Assembly (NCBI GenBank): GCA_039028615.1
Contig: JBCCHT010000031.1
Coordinates: forward strand, 1 to 64,000
Direction of reading: 5' to 3'
DNA: 64,000 bases
Source: Myxococcota bacterium
GTDB taxonomy: Bacteria > Myxococcota_A > Polyangia > Nannocystales > Nannocystaceae
The notes beneath the pieces were generated by a model, which ran no database searches, was not told where the DNA came from, and saw only the letters and a program-made list of their open reading frames with translations. The position numbers were made by a program, and so were the translations under genes. Shown here one piece after another: positions 1-8,848 of the stretch (the stretch's first letter is position 1; each line of letters begins with the position of its first letter).

Positions 1-1
1 G

Positions 2-1222
2 CCGGGCGGACTGGGAGCACCGCCTCCGGGTGGAGCACCCGGTGGTCTGGGAGCCCCGCCGATGGGCGCACCGGGAGCACCTCCTCCGGGCGCGGCCCCG
101 CTCGTTCCTCCGGGGGGCATGGCCCCGCCGATGGGCGCCCCGGGCATGGCCCCGCCGATGGGCATGGGTGGAGCGACCGGTGCAGTCCGTCCCAACTTCC
201 AGGGCACGGGTGGCGAGCTGTTCGTCACGTTCTTGGTCGGCTACCTGCTGACGATGATCACCTTCGGCATCTACATGCCGTGGTTCCTGTGCAAGCTCAC
301 CAACTTCCTCATGGCGAACACGACCCTCGGGCCCACCAAGCGCGGCGAGCTGCGCTTGGAGTTCTCCGGTACGGGTGGTGAGCTGTTCGTGACGTTCCTG
401 GTCGGCTACCTGCTGACGATGATCACCTTCGGCATCTACACGCCCTGGTTCATCGCCAAGCTGATCAAGTTCTACTGCGCCAACACGATAGCCACGGCGC
501 AAGACGGCACGCGGTTCCGGCTCCAGTTCGACGGCACGGGCGGCGAGCTGTTCGTGACGTTCCTGGTCGGCTACCTGCTGACGATGATCACCTTCGGCAT
601 CTACATGCCCTGGTTCATCTGCAAGCTGCAGAAGGTGCTGCTGTCCCGCACCACGCTCCTCGAGAACGAGCAGCAGGCGGGCAACTTCGACTTCGAGGGC
701 ACGGGTGGCGAGCTGTTCGTGAAGTTCCTCGTCGGCTACCTGCTGACGATGATCACCTTCGGCATCTACTTCGCCTGGTTCCAGGTGAACCTCATGAAGT
801 TCACCGCCGAGAACACTCGGGTCCACTATCAGGGCCGCGTCTTCGGCGGAAGCTTCCAGGGTACGGGCGGCGAGTTCTTCGTGACCTTCCTGGTCGGCTA
901 CCTGCTCACGGCCCTCACCTTCGGCATCTACATGCCCTGGTTCCAGGTCAAGCTGTGGAAGTTCCAGCTCAACCACATGGAGTTCAACGACATCGGAGCC
1001 GGCGCGATGCCGAGCGCGATGCCGCCCGGACCGGGCATGCCCGGTCAGCTCCCGGGTCAGGCCCCGGGCATGGGTGCTCCTGGTATGCCGGGTCAGGTCC
1101 CGGGCATGGCCCCCGCTGGTCTGCCGCCGCAGCCCGGCATGGGCGCTCCCGGTGGGTACCCCGGCATGCCCGGTCAGCCCGGTCAGCCCGGCGGCTACCC
1201 CCCGCCCGGCGGCATGCGCTAG
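2..1222 (+). CDS. YjgN/DUF898-like inner-membrane protein with five internal repeats and Pro/Gly-rich flanks (5' end runs off the window)
   Basis: The frame is open from position 2 (PGGLGAPPPGG...). It has five ~55-aa units with core F.GTGGELFVTFLVGYLLTMITFGIY.PWF, resembling the YjgN motif (F.G...LT..T.GIY.PW). The C-terminus is PGM/PGQ low-complexity. Confidence 0.8.
   Translation, partial: PGGLGAPPPGGAPGGLGAPPMGAPGAPPPGAAPLVPPGGMAPPMGAPGMAPPMGMGGATGAVRPNFQGTGGELFVTFLVGYLLTMITFGIYMPWFLCKLTNFLMANTTLGPTKRGELRLEFSGTGGELFVTFLVGYLLTMITFGIYTPWFIAKLIKFYCANTIATAQDGTRFRLQFDGTGGELFVTFLVGYLLTMITFGIYMPWFICKLQKVLLSRTTLLENEQQAGNFDFEGTGGELFVKFLVGYLLTMITFGIYFAWFQVNLMKFTAENTRVHYQGRVFGGSFQGTGGEFFVTFLVGYLLTALTFGIYMPWFQVKLWKFQLNHMEFNDIGAGAMPSAMPPGPGMPGQLPGQAPGMGAPGMPGQVPGMAPAGLPPQPGMGAPGGYPGMPGQPGQPGGYPPPGGMR
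236..931 (+). repeat. 39-nt coding repeat: four exact copies plus one diverged copy
   Basis: GTCGGCTACCTGCTGACGATGATCACCTTCGGCATCTAC starts at 236, 401, 566 and 731 (period exactly 165 nt). A diverged copy starts at 893. Confidence 0.9.
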
Positions 1223-1261
1223 CCGAGCCCGGCTCGCATCCGCGAGCCTCGGGATTCAGCG

Positions 1262-1291
1262 AAGGCCGCACTCCTCGGAGTGCGGCCTTTT
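1262..1291 (+). terminator. Rho-independent terminator
   Basis: AAGGCCGCACTC-CTCG-GAGTGCGGCCTT hairpin ending in a T run, about 40 nt after the stop at 1222. Confidence 0.8.
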
Positions 1292-1339
1292 CCGTGGTTT
1301 TTCGGGAACGCTCTGGGGCCGCTCCCCACTCACTCCTCG

Positions 1340-3502
1340 ATGAGGTCATACGCAGGGGTCGAATCCAACCGAGCATGGGCGAAGCGACGCATGGGCGTCA
1401 TGGCTGCCCTGAGCATCGTGAGCGGGTGGCAGCTGGGCTGCCAGTCTCCGCCACCGGCCGAGTCGGGCGACGGGACCTACCAGCCGCGGGCCTCCGATGA
1501 TCATCCTTTCGTCTCGGGCATCGAGGGGGTGGTGACCTCGAACGAGGAGCCCGATGGCTCTTCGAATCCCTCCCAGGAACCGGTGTTCGTCGACGCCACC
1601 GGCGTTCGGAGCACGGCCGTCACGACCCTGCCCGGGCTGAGCTTCGAGATCGAAGCGACGCCCGAGGTCTCCGACGAGATGCTCGAGTATCTCGTCGCCA
1701 ACCTCGGAGTGCTGCCGGGCGACGCCTCGACCCGCAAGGACCTGCTGCCCTTCCTCGAGGCGGACGGTCGGCTACAAAAGGGCTTCCCCGAGGTACGGCT
1801 GCCGCAGATCCGAGACGGGCAGGGCATGCCGCGGTTTTTCACGTGGCCCGACGCGTGGGACATCATTCGACCCGGGGTGATTCGGCTGCGGCCGGAGCTG
1901 GCCGAGGCCACGCCGAGCCCGGGCGGAGGCAACGAGGTCGGCAGCACGACCGCGGCGCTGACCGGCTCGTGGACGACGGTGGAGGGGCGCATCCTGTGCG
2001 GCACGGGCAACGGCCTGCCCTTCGCTCCGATCGAGGTCTCGGGGGTCGGCGGGGTGACCGACGGCGTGGGCAACTTCAGCGTGGCCGGGACCTTCACCGA
2101 CGTCGACGTCGTGCAGATCACCTACGACGGCACGGTGACGAACGCAGGCGTTACGTCGCCGCTCACGGTGATGGACGACTTCCACCAGCCCCGCGGCGGA
2201 GAGGCGGACGTGACCGACGCGACGGCGACCACGGTGGGCGACACGCTCCAGACCGGGACGCTGACCGTCGATACCCTCGACTGCGAACTCTACGAGCTGG
2301 GTTTCGACGCGCTGAGCGAGTACCACACCCTCATGGGCGCCTCCCCGCCCGCGGGAAATTACCGGATGAAGCGGTGGGACGGGGTGGAGCACGTGTTCGG
2401 TACGCCCTACGCCTATCACGACTACGCGGTGTTCCCCATCAACTTCCGTGACCGCACGGGTCGGCGGGCGACCATGTTCCACGAGTTCGCCCATACCGTC
2501 CGGCACGCGGCCGATGGCGATCTCGGCCACTGGGGCTGGGACAACTTTCGCTGGACCTACGCTCGGGCCCGCGGCGGCAACGAGGTCTTCAACGAGCAGT
2601 ACGCGTTCAACGAAGGCTGGAGTCAGTACTGGGAGTGCACGCGAACGGGGGCGGCCGGGATATGTCCCGCGATCGACGGCGCCAACCCGGGCGCCGTCCC
2701 GGCCCCGCCCTTGGGTGACGTGGACGCCTTCGCCGACTGGAACGAGCTCCAGCTCGGTCGACGCTTGATGACGCTGTCGTCGGCACCCGGGGTCGGCCAC
2801 GCGACGATGGTCTCGATCTTGATCGCCAACCCGGGGGTCATCCATACGCTGTGGGAGTTCGAGCAGCGCTACTGCGCGACCGTGCCGATGCCCAACCCGG
2901 ACTGCGATCCGACGACCCGGCGCCCGCTTCGGACCAAGAACTCCTGTCCCCCCGGCTTCGACGACCACGGGGCCACCTGCTGGCAGCAGGACGTGGTGGC
3001 CAAGGACTCGTATCCCCGCCACGGCGACATCCCGACCGCGTGCGAGCCGGGGGCGACCAACCACGCGGGGCTGTGCCACGGGCCCTGCCCGGCGGGCTTC
3101 GACGCGGTGGGCTTTCACTGCTGGCAGGACTGCCCGCCCGGCATGACCGACGACGGGGCCTTCTGTCGCCGCGACGTCGACATCCGCAACGCTACCAACC
3201 GCTGCCCGTGGTGGGACGCGTGCGGATTGTTCGAGAACTGCACGACCTGCCCGGACGGCTATCAGAACGACGGCTGCACCTGCCGTCTGGATGCGTGGAT
3301 CTTCGCCAAGGAGACGCGCGACCGAGCGGTGACCTTCCCCGGCTGCGACGGCGGTCGCGAGTACGACGGCGGGCTGTGCTACGACCCGTGCCGGGCGGGC
3401 TTCACCGCGTTGGGCTCGGTGTGCTGGGCGGCGTGCCCTCCCGGCTTCGACGACCACGGGGCGACCTGCTACCGCCCGCCCAACATCCTCACGAAGTTCT
3501 GA
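1340..3502 (+). CDS. Lipoprotein zinc metalloprotease-like (HEXXH) with a C-terminal Cys-rich repeat region
   Basis: KRR n-region and lipobox-like QLGC. HEFAH is followed by NEGWSQY (gluzincin-like third ligand). CPPGFDDHGATC occurs twice, as does GLC...C.AGF...G..CW..CP. Start is uncertain (1340 or 1391). Confidence 0.7.
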   Translation: MRSYAGVESNRAWAKRRMGVMAALSIVSGWQLGCQSPPPAESGDGTYQPRASDDHPFVSGIEGVVTSNEEPDGSSNPSQEPVFVDATGVRSTAVTTLPGLSFEIEATPEVSDEMLEYLVANLGVLPGDASTRKDLLPFLEADGRLQKGFPEVRLPQIRDGQGMPRFFTWPDAWDIIRPGVIRLRPELAEATPSPGGGNEVGSTTAALTGSWTTVEGRILCGTGNGLPFAPIEVSGVGGVTDGVGNFSVAGTFTDVDVVQITYDGTVTNAGVTSPLTVMDDFHQPRGGEADVTDATATTVGDTLQTGTLTVDTLDCELYELGFDALSEYHTLMGASPPAGNYRMKRWDGVEHVFGTPYAYHDYAVFPINFRDRTGRRATMFHEFAHTVRHAADGDLGHWGWDNFRWTYARARGGNEVFNEQYAFNEGWSQYWECTRTGAAGICPAIDGANPGAVPAPPLGDVDAFADWNELQLGRRLMTLSSAPGVGHATMVSILIANPGVIHTLWEFEQRYCATVPMPNPDCDPTTRRPLRTKNSCPPGFDDHGATCWQQDVVAKDSYPRHGDIPTACEPGATNHAGLCHGPCPAGFDAVGFHCWQDCPPGMTDDGAFCRRDVDIRNATNRCPWWDACGLFENCTTCPDGYQNDGCTCRLDAWIFAKETRDRAVTFPGCDGGREYDGGLCYDPCRAGFTALGSVCWAACPPGFDDHGATCYRPPNILTKF

Positions 3503-3526
3503 GCCGGGCGTCCGCCGGCCGAAACG

Positions 3527-3564
3527 AAAAACGACGCGGGAGCCTCTGGCTCGCGCGTCGTTTT
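3527..3564. terminator. Bidirectional intrinsic terminator
   Basis: AAAACGACGCG-G-GAGCC-TCT-GGCTC-G-CGCGTCGTTTT lies between convergent genes, with an A run on the left and a T run on the right. Confidence 0.75.
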
Positions 3565-3590
3565 GTTGCGACCGGAGGGGCCGCGGTGGG

Positions 3591-5255
3591 CTAGAAGCCG
3601 CCGGTCTTCAGCTCGTCGAAGCGCTGGAAGATCTTGCCGACGTACTTGCCGTTGGGGAAGCGGTCGAGATAGCGACGGCCCCGGCGAAGCGCCTCGGAGA
3701 TGCGACCGTCCTCGGTGGCCGACAGCCACAGGCGGTACATCGCCATCTCCACGCTGTGGTGATTGCGGGGCGCCCGGCGGAGAAACTCCTCGAAGGCATT
3801 GTCCGCGGCGCGGTAGTCGAGCGCGTAGTCCATGCGGAGGATACCGACCAAGAGGTAGCCCTCGACGGCGGCCGGCTCGTCGCCGTACTGCGAGATGAAG
3901 TTCGACAGGCAGCGAGCGGCGCGGTAGCGGGTGCGCTGCGACCGGTAGAGCTTGCGGCAGTTGTCGAGCGCGGCCCGCAGCTCTTTGCCGCGAGTCTTCT
4001 TGACGTCTTCCATCAAGCGCTCGATGAGGTCGCCGGCCTCGTCGTCGATGATGAGCGGCGCGGGCTCGTCCTCGTAGCTGTCCACCTGCGCGCTGCCGGA
4101 GCGGCGCCGCGTGGTGGGCATCTCGAAGGTCGTGGGCTCGGCCGTGGGCGCGGGCACGTGGACCAGCGTGCGCTGGTGGGGGTCCTCGGGGAGGCCGGGG
4201 ACGTTCCAGCTGCTGGGGATGTGCCCATCCGCCAGGTCGATGGAGTCGGTGAAGTCCGAAGACTCGGCGTCGACCTCGTTGGACAGAGGCAGCGCCGCGG
4301 CGACCTCGGCCCGACCGACGTTGCCGTGGCTCGAGGTGGCGACCTCGTAGCGATCACCCGACTCGACCTCGGCGCGTAGGCTGTTGGTCTCGGGGTTGAG
4401 CACGTCGACCTGGCCGCGCAGCACCGACACGATGGTCTCGGCGTTGGCGTCGACCTCGACGGTGAAGACGGTTCCGATCACGCGGACCACGGCGGTCGGC
4501 GTGCGGACGTACAGGATCGGATCGGAGGGGCGACGGTCGTAGCGGACGGCCGCGATGCCGCGATGCACCTCGAGCTCGATCAAGCTGGGCGTCGCCTGGG
4601 TCCACTGGATGTCGGAGCCCGGCGTGAAGTTGGCGACGATCTTGCCGACCATGCCCACTTGCAGCGCCTCGTGGGCGTCGACGGCGAAGCGGGTGCCGAC
4701 GGGGAAGGTATCGGTGTGACCGAGCGAGCGCTCGGGTCGGGCGATGGCGACGATGTCTGCATCACCACCGAGCACGCGGCCGTAGCTCTGCGCGGGGTGG
4801 TCGATGCCGCCTTGGGCGTCGGGAGCCTCGGGCTCGACGGGCGAGTTCGGGGCGCCGATCTGCTCGGCATCGGCGACGGTCTCCACGGGCGTGAAGGTGC
4901 CCGGGCCGACCCCGAACAACGCGAGGGTGAGCGCAGCCGCGGCGCCAGCCATGGCGGTGACGCCCGCTCGCAGGGACCACTTGTGGTACCAGGGCGCGGG
5001 TAGATCCTCGCGGGTGCGCCGAAGCGCTGCGTGGAACTCCTTTTCCTCGGCGAGGCCGGTGGGAGGCGGAGGCACCACGGGGCCCTCGTAGAGGGCGTAG
5101 AGCAGCCGGTGCATCTTGCGGCAGTCCCGGCACTCCTTGAGGTGGGCCCGGTACAGGTCCGCGACGCCTTGAGTGGCGCGGTCGCTCATGACGAGCTCGG
5201 CGTCCTCTCGGCACTCGTGGCAGCTGTATCGCGTCGGGTTTGTCTCGAAGGTCAT
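3591..5255 (-). CDS. Anti-sigma factor: zinc-binding N-terminus, TM helix, FecR-like domain, C-terminal TPR-like region
   Basis: CHEC...HLKECRDC (HxxxCxxC, ZAS-like); hydrophobic helix AGVTAMAGAAAALTLALFGV; FecR-like VRTPTAVVRVIGTVFTV..VSVLRGQVDV; TPR-like tail YLDRFPNGKY. Lies directly downstream of an ECF sigma. Start trimmed to MTFETN. Confidence 0.8.
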   Translation of the reverse strand: MTFETNPTRYSCHECREDAELVMSDRATQGVADLYRAHLKECRDCRKMHRLLYALYEGPVVPPPPTGLAEEKEFHAALRRTREDLPAPWYHKWSLRAGVTAMAGAAAALTLALFGVGPGTFTPVETVADAEQIGAPNSPVEPEAPDAQGGIDHPAQSYGRVLGGDADIVAIARPERSLGHTDTFPVGTRFAVDAHEALQVGMVGKIVANFTPGSDIQWTQATPSLIELEVHRGIAAVRYDRRPSDPILYVRTPTAVVRVIGTVFTVEVDANAETIVSVLRGQVDVLNPETNSLRAEVESGDRYEVATSSHGNVGRAEVAAALPLSNEVDAESSDFTDSIDLADGHIPSSWNVPGLPEDPHQRTLVHVPAPTAEPTTFEMPTTRRRSGSAQVDSYEDEPAPLIIDDEAGDLIERLMEDVKKTRGKELRAALDNCRKLYRSQRTRYRAARCLSNFISQYGDEPAAVEGYLLVGILRMDYALDYRAADNAFEEFLRRAPRNHHSVEMAMYRLWLSATEDGRISEALRRGRRYLDRFPNGKYVGKIFQRFDELKTGGF

Positions 5256-5271
5256 TGCCAACCCCACTGTC

Positions 5272-5880
5272 CTAGGCGGACACCAGCTCTCGGAGCTTCT
5301 TGCGAGCACGGGTGAGACGGTCGCCGACCGTCGAAACCGGCTTGCCGAGGATGTCGCTGATCTCCTGCAGCGTCAGACCCTCGTAATGATACAGAACGAA
5401 GACTTCGCGGAGCTCCGGGCGAACGCGCTGCAGGATGCGATGCGCTTCGTCGCGAGCTTCCACGCGACTCGATTGGACGGAAGTTCCTCTTCCGGCGTTG
5501 AACCAGCTCAGGGCCGTCTTCACCCGGTCTCGTCGAAACCGTTGACGCAGCAGGTTGTGCGTCGTGTTGGCGGTGATGCGGTACAGCCATGTGCTCAAGG
5601 TGGAGTTGCCCTGGAAGGTGGACAACGCGTTGAAGGCCCGGGCAAAGACGATCTGCGTGAGGTCGTCGATCTCGCAATCGGGGCCGAGTAGTCGGAACAG
5701 ATGAGCCCGCACCTGACCTTGGTAGGTGCTGTAGAACTGCCGCAGCGCCCGGTGCTGCCCCGCCTTGGCACCTGCGAGCAGGTCCCGTTCTTCGTGGGAC
5801 AAAAAGGTCGCGTCGTTCCGAGACTCCTCGGGTCGTTCCGAAGGAACGTGAGCGATCGCAATGTTCTCGGCGCTTTGCAT
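5272..5880 (-). CDS. ECF (sigma-70 group 4) sigma factor
   Basis: Region 2 DDLTQIVF...FQGNSTLSTWLYRITAN; region 4 REVFVL...EGLTLQEISDILGKPVSTVGDRLTRAR. Start is uncertain. Confidence 0.9.
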   Translation of the reverse strand: MQSAENIAIAHVPSERPEESRNDATFLSHEERDLLAGAKAGQHRALRQFYSTYQGQVRAHLFRLLGPDCEIDDLTQIVFARAFNALSTFQGNSTLSTWLYRITANTTHNLLRQRFRRDRVKTALSWFNAGRGTSVQSSRVEARDEAHRILQRVRPELREVFVLYHYEGLTLQEISDILGKPVSTVGDRLTRARKKLRELVSA

Positions 5881-5912
5881 GTGCGTCGACTTGGGGCGCG
5901 GCGTCTGCACCT

Positions 5913-5940
5913 TTATGACAACCTCTCGGCTCGAATTTCC
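5913..5940 (-). promoter_or_regulatory. Candidate ECF-type (autoregulatory) promoter
   Basis: Minus-strand GGAAAT-N16-TCATAA, similar to the sigmaE-type GGAACT-N16-TCAAA, 32 nt upstream of the ATG at 5880. Confidence 0.35.
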
Positions 5941-6251
5941 GGGCCTCGATCGAGTTAACCTCATTCTTCCATTCGCGGGAACCTAGCGTGGATCGCGGTT
6001 TCCGAGGGGTTCTGAGGATATGACTCCGGTTGTGCACGCTGGAGTACCAACTTTTCTTGGGAAGTAACCGTTATACCTCGAAAAGGGGTTTTGCTCGCGC
6101 TTAATGTCCGCCCGTTCAGGGTGCGAAAGCGAAACGTCGCGCGGGATCGGCACCTGGGACCCATCGGCCCCGGAGACGGCGCTCGACCCTGTCCTTTGAA
6201 TGGCCATGGGCGGCCAAAGTCCCCAAAAAAAATGCGGCCGCCGCTGCTTGC

Positions 6252-7172
6252 GTGCTGAGGGCGCAGATCGGCATGGTGGTCTCGGTGACGTCTTCTTCGC
6301 TGCGAATGCTGGGCGCGGCCGTATTGGGGCTGACCCTGCTGACGGGCGTGTTCTTGTCGGGCAAAGCCAGACGAGACACGGAGCAGCGGCTCGAGGATCT
6401 GCATGCGGGCGTCGAGCGCACGGAGCGGGAGGTCGAGGCTCGGGGCGAGCCGCCGCCGGTCGCACTCGAGGAAAATCCCGAGCAGTTCGCGATGCGCCTG
6501 GCCGAAGACGTGAAGACCTTCGCGCTGGAGCCGGTCACGGTAGAGGCGCTGGGGCAGCCCAACGCGTACTTCAACGAGCTGCCGGAGCCGGTGGTGCTCG
6601 GCAACAAGAAGACGTGGACGTCCGCGCACCTCAAGATCAAGGTCCACCTCGATCGCGTGAACTACATGCAGCACGGGGCTCGGGTGAGCTCGGTGCACTC
6701 GCTGGCGCGCATCGAGAACATCTCCACCGTGCCCATTGCGTATCGCGCGATCCTCCGCGGGGAGAAGGGCAAGTGCGAGGTCCGAGGCGCGCGCGAGCAC
6801 AACGCCGTCACCCTGGTGCCCGGCGAGTCGGCGGAGATCGTGGTCTGCGCGGGTCGGGATCGGGTGAAGATCGAGGCGGTCGAAGTGCTCGAGGTGAGCC
6901 CCTTGGGGCACTACTATCTCAGCCAGATCTCGCCGCGGGCGCTGGGGCTCGACGCCACCTCCGACGCCGGCCATCGCCCGTCGATCTCCGTGCCCAAGTG
7001 CACCAAGCTCGACACCAAGGCGCTGCTGGGCTACCTGCAGGCCGGAACCGCGAAGTGGGCCGACATCGTCGACTTTTACAGCCGGCACAATTGTCACCGG
7101 CTCGACTTCTTCCCCGGATATCGCCGCGCAGAGGCTCCGTTGGACGGTCTGCCGGTCGTCCGGCCCCGCTGA
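6252..7172 (+). CDS. Hypothetical membrane-anchored protein with a Cys-containing extracytoplasmic domain
   Basis: Hydrophobic N-terminal segment LGAAVLGLTLLTGVFLS and coding-like codon usage. No family recognised. True start may be 6273 or 6306. Confidence 0.7.
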   Translation: MLRAQIGMVVSVTSSSLRMLGAAVLGLTLLTGVFLSGKARRDTEQRLEDLHAGVERTEREVEARGEPPPVALEENPEQFAMRLAEDVKTFALEPVTVEALGQPNAYFNELPEPVVLGNKKTWTSAHLKIKVHLDRVNYMQHGARVSSVHSLARIENISTVPIAYRAILRGEKGKCEVRGAREHNAVTLVPGESAEIVVCAGRDRVKIEAVEVLEVSPLGHYYLSQISPRALGLDATSDAGHRPSISVPKCTKLDTKALLGYLQAGTAKWADIVDFYSRHNCHRLDFFPGYRRAEAPLDGLPVVRPR

Positions 7173-7261
7173 ACCGGGAAAATCTCGGAGGGGCCTTGAT
7201 ATCTAAGGGTTTTTTCCTCTACCATGCCTCTTCGCGAGCAGTCGTTTGCTCGAAGTGAGCC

Positions 7262-7663
7262 GTGACGAAGTCCGAGCTGATCGAGTACGTGGCGCAGGAG
7301 ACGAACCTCACCAAGGGGCGCGCCGAGTTGGTGATCAACACCATCTTCGAGTCCATGGTCGAGGCGTTGCAGCGCGGAGAGGGGATCGAGATCCGGGGGT
7401 TCGGGAGCTTCACCGTGCGCCAGTACAAGGCGTACGAAGGGCGGAACCCACGGACCGGTGATCCCGTACATGTAGCCCCCAAGCGCTTGCCCTTCTTCAA
7501 GGTGGGCAAGGATCTGCGCCTGCGGGTCAACGGCCAGCGCGCGGGTACAGAAAGCCCGCGGCGGGGCGAGGCCAAGAACACGGCCAGCTCCGGCGGTGGT
7601 TCGGGCGGCGTGTCCAAGCCGCTGCCCGTGCCCGACTCGGGCATGACCGAAGACGTGATCTAA
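7262..7663 (+). CDS. ihfB: Integration host factor beta-like (HU/IHF family) with a C-terminal low-complexity tail
   Basis: MTKSELIE...IEIRGFGSF...GRNPRTG...PFFKVGKDLR.RVN. Confidence 0.85.
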   Translation: MTKSELIEYVAQETNLTKGRAELVINTIFESMVEALQRGEGIEIRGFGSFTVRQYKAYEGRNPRTGDPVHVAPKRLPFFKVGKDLRLRVNGQRAGTESPRRGEAKNTASSGGGSGGVSKPLPVPDSGMTEDVI

Positions 7664-7695
7664 AGGACCCAGCAGCCCACCCGCGGCTGGATGGA

Positions 7696-8844
7696 CTAGC
7701 GACCGCGGGGAAGGTCGAAGGCGCCGCCGACTCGAAGGGCGGCGCCCGGCTGTACCGGCCACGGATCGAGCACGACGGTGCTCGTGTCCGCGGTCTGGTA
7801 GACGTGGCCCGCGATTTCGGCGTCGAGGGTCCCGTGGAGGCCGAGCACCAGCCTGGCGGGGCCACCGAGGACGATGTCGAGGCCCAAGGCGAGTCGGCCC
7901 GAGCTGGCGACGCGCAGCTGCGGGGCGAAGGCTTCCGCGCGGTCGTTGAGCACCCGGGTGCGATCGGAGAGCAGGGACAAGACTGGCCCCGCTTCCACGC
8001 CCACGAGCACGACGGGGGCGACCTGAAACGCAGCCCGGAAGGCGAGCGAGACGTCGCCGCCGGTCAGCCGTAGACCGAGCTCGTCGTTGGCGACCTCGGG
8101 GCTCGGTACGTAGTAGGTGCCCTCGAGCGAACCGCCGAGCGACACCCGGCCGCGGACGATGCCCCCGCGTATCGCGACGGTCGGTCCGTGCAGCCACGCA
8201 CGGGAGGCGAGGGCCCGGAATCGATAGCCCCCGTCGGCGCCCACCCAGGGGCGCGGGCGGACCGGGGCGACGGGTTCTTCGGCAGGCGGCGACGTCGGTG
8301 GGGGCGTGGCGGTTTCTTCCGTCGGTTCTTTGGCTTCGGGGGGGTCCTCTTTGTTCTCGGAGCCTAGCGCTTCCTCGAGGGCCCGTTGGGCTTCCGCACG
8401 CGAGACGCCGAGTTCTCCGCCCGTCAGCAAGACCTCGAACGACGAGCCGAGCACATGCGCGAGCTCGTCGACGACGACCGCGTCGAGGCGCTCGCCGCCA
8501 TGGAGGGTCCGCATGAAGATCCGCTCGCGCTCGGGATCGATGACGTAGACCCGCGCGATGCCTTCTTCGCGCAGGTCTACGTACGCGACGGCCCGGGCGG
8601 CGCCCGGAGGCGCGAACAAGTCGGCCAGGGTCAGAGTCTCCGTGCGACCTTGCGCCAGCTCGGCCCCGATGCGCTCGACTCGTTCGGCCGTCGCACGCTC
8701 GGCGGCATCGATGCCTTCGCGAGGGCCGACCCAGGTGACGGAGACCCGGGCTTCGCTCTGAGCGGGAGCCGTGACGGCCGAGGCGAAGGACGGGGAGGGG
8801 ACGGCGGCGTAGACCAACGCCAGCGCGAGCGCAGCGAGTTTCAT
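7696..8844 (-). CDS. Secreted protein: signal peptide, periplasmic domain, Pro/Glu linker, putative C-terminal outer-membrane beta-barrel
   Basis: Signal MKLAALALALVYAAVPSPSFASA. The last ~180 aa show alternating hydrophobic strands ending AALRVGGAF. Third gene of the ECF cluster. Start trimmed. Confidence 0.65.
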   Translation of the reverse strand: MKLAALALALVYAAVPSPSFASAVTAPAQSEARVSVTWVGPREGIDAAERATAERVERIGAELAQGRTETLTLADLFAPPGAARAVAYVDLREEGIARVYVIDPERERIFMRTLHGGERLDAVVVDELAHVLGSSFEVLLTGGELGVSRAEAQRALEEALGSENKEDPPEAKEPTEETATPPPTSPPAEEPVAPVRPRPWVGADGGYRFRALASRAWLHGPTVAIRGGIVRGRVSLGGSLEGTYYVPSPEVANDELGLRLTGGDVSLAFRAAFQVAPVVLVGVEAGPVLSLLSDRTRVLNDRAEAFAPQLRVASSGRLALGLDIVLGGPARLVLGLHGTLDAEIAGHVYQTADTSTVVLDPWPVQPGAALRVGGAFDLPRGR

Positions 8845-8848
8845 GGCC

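Noticed and set aside
236..931. Regularly spaced 39-nt identical repeats resembling a CRISPR array
   Set aside because: The spacers are 126 nt, the period is a multiple of three, everything lies in-frame in a membrane-protein ORF, and no cas genes are present.
7195..7216. Possible IHF autoregulatory site (TTGATATCTAAGGGTTTT) upstream of ihfB
   Set aside because: It only partly matches WATCAANNNNTTR and cannot be supported without a matrix scan.
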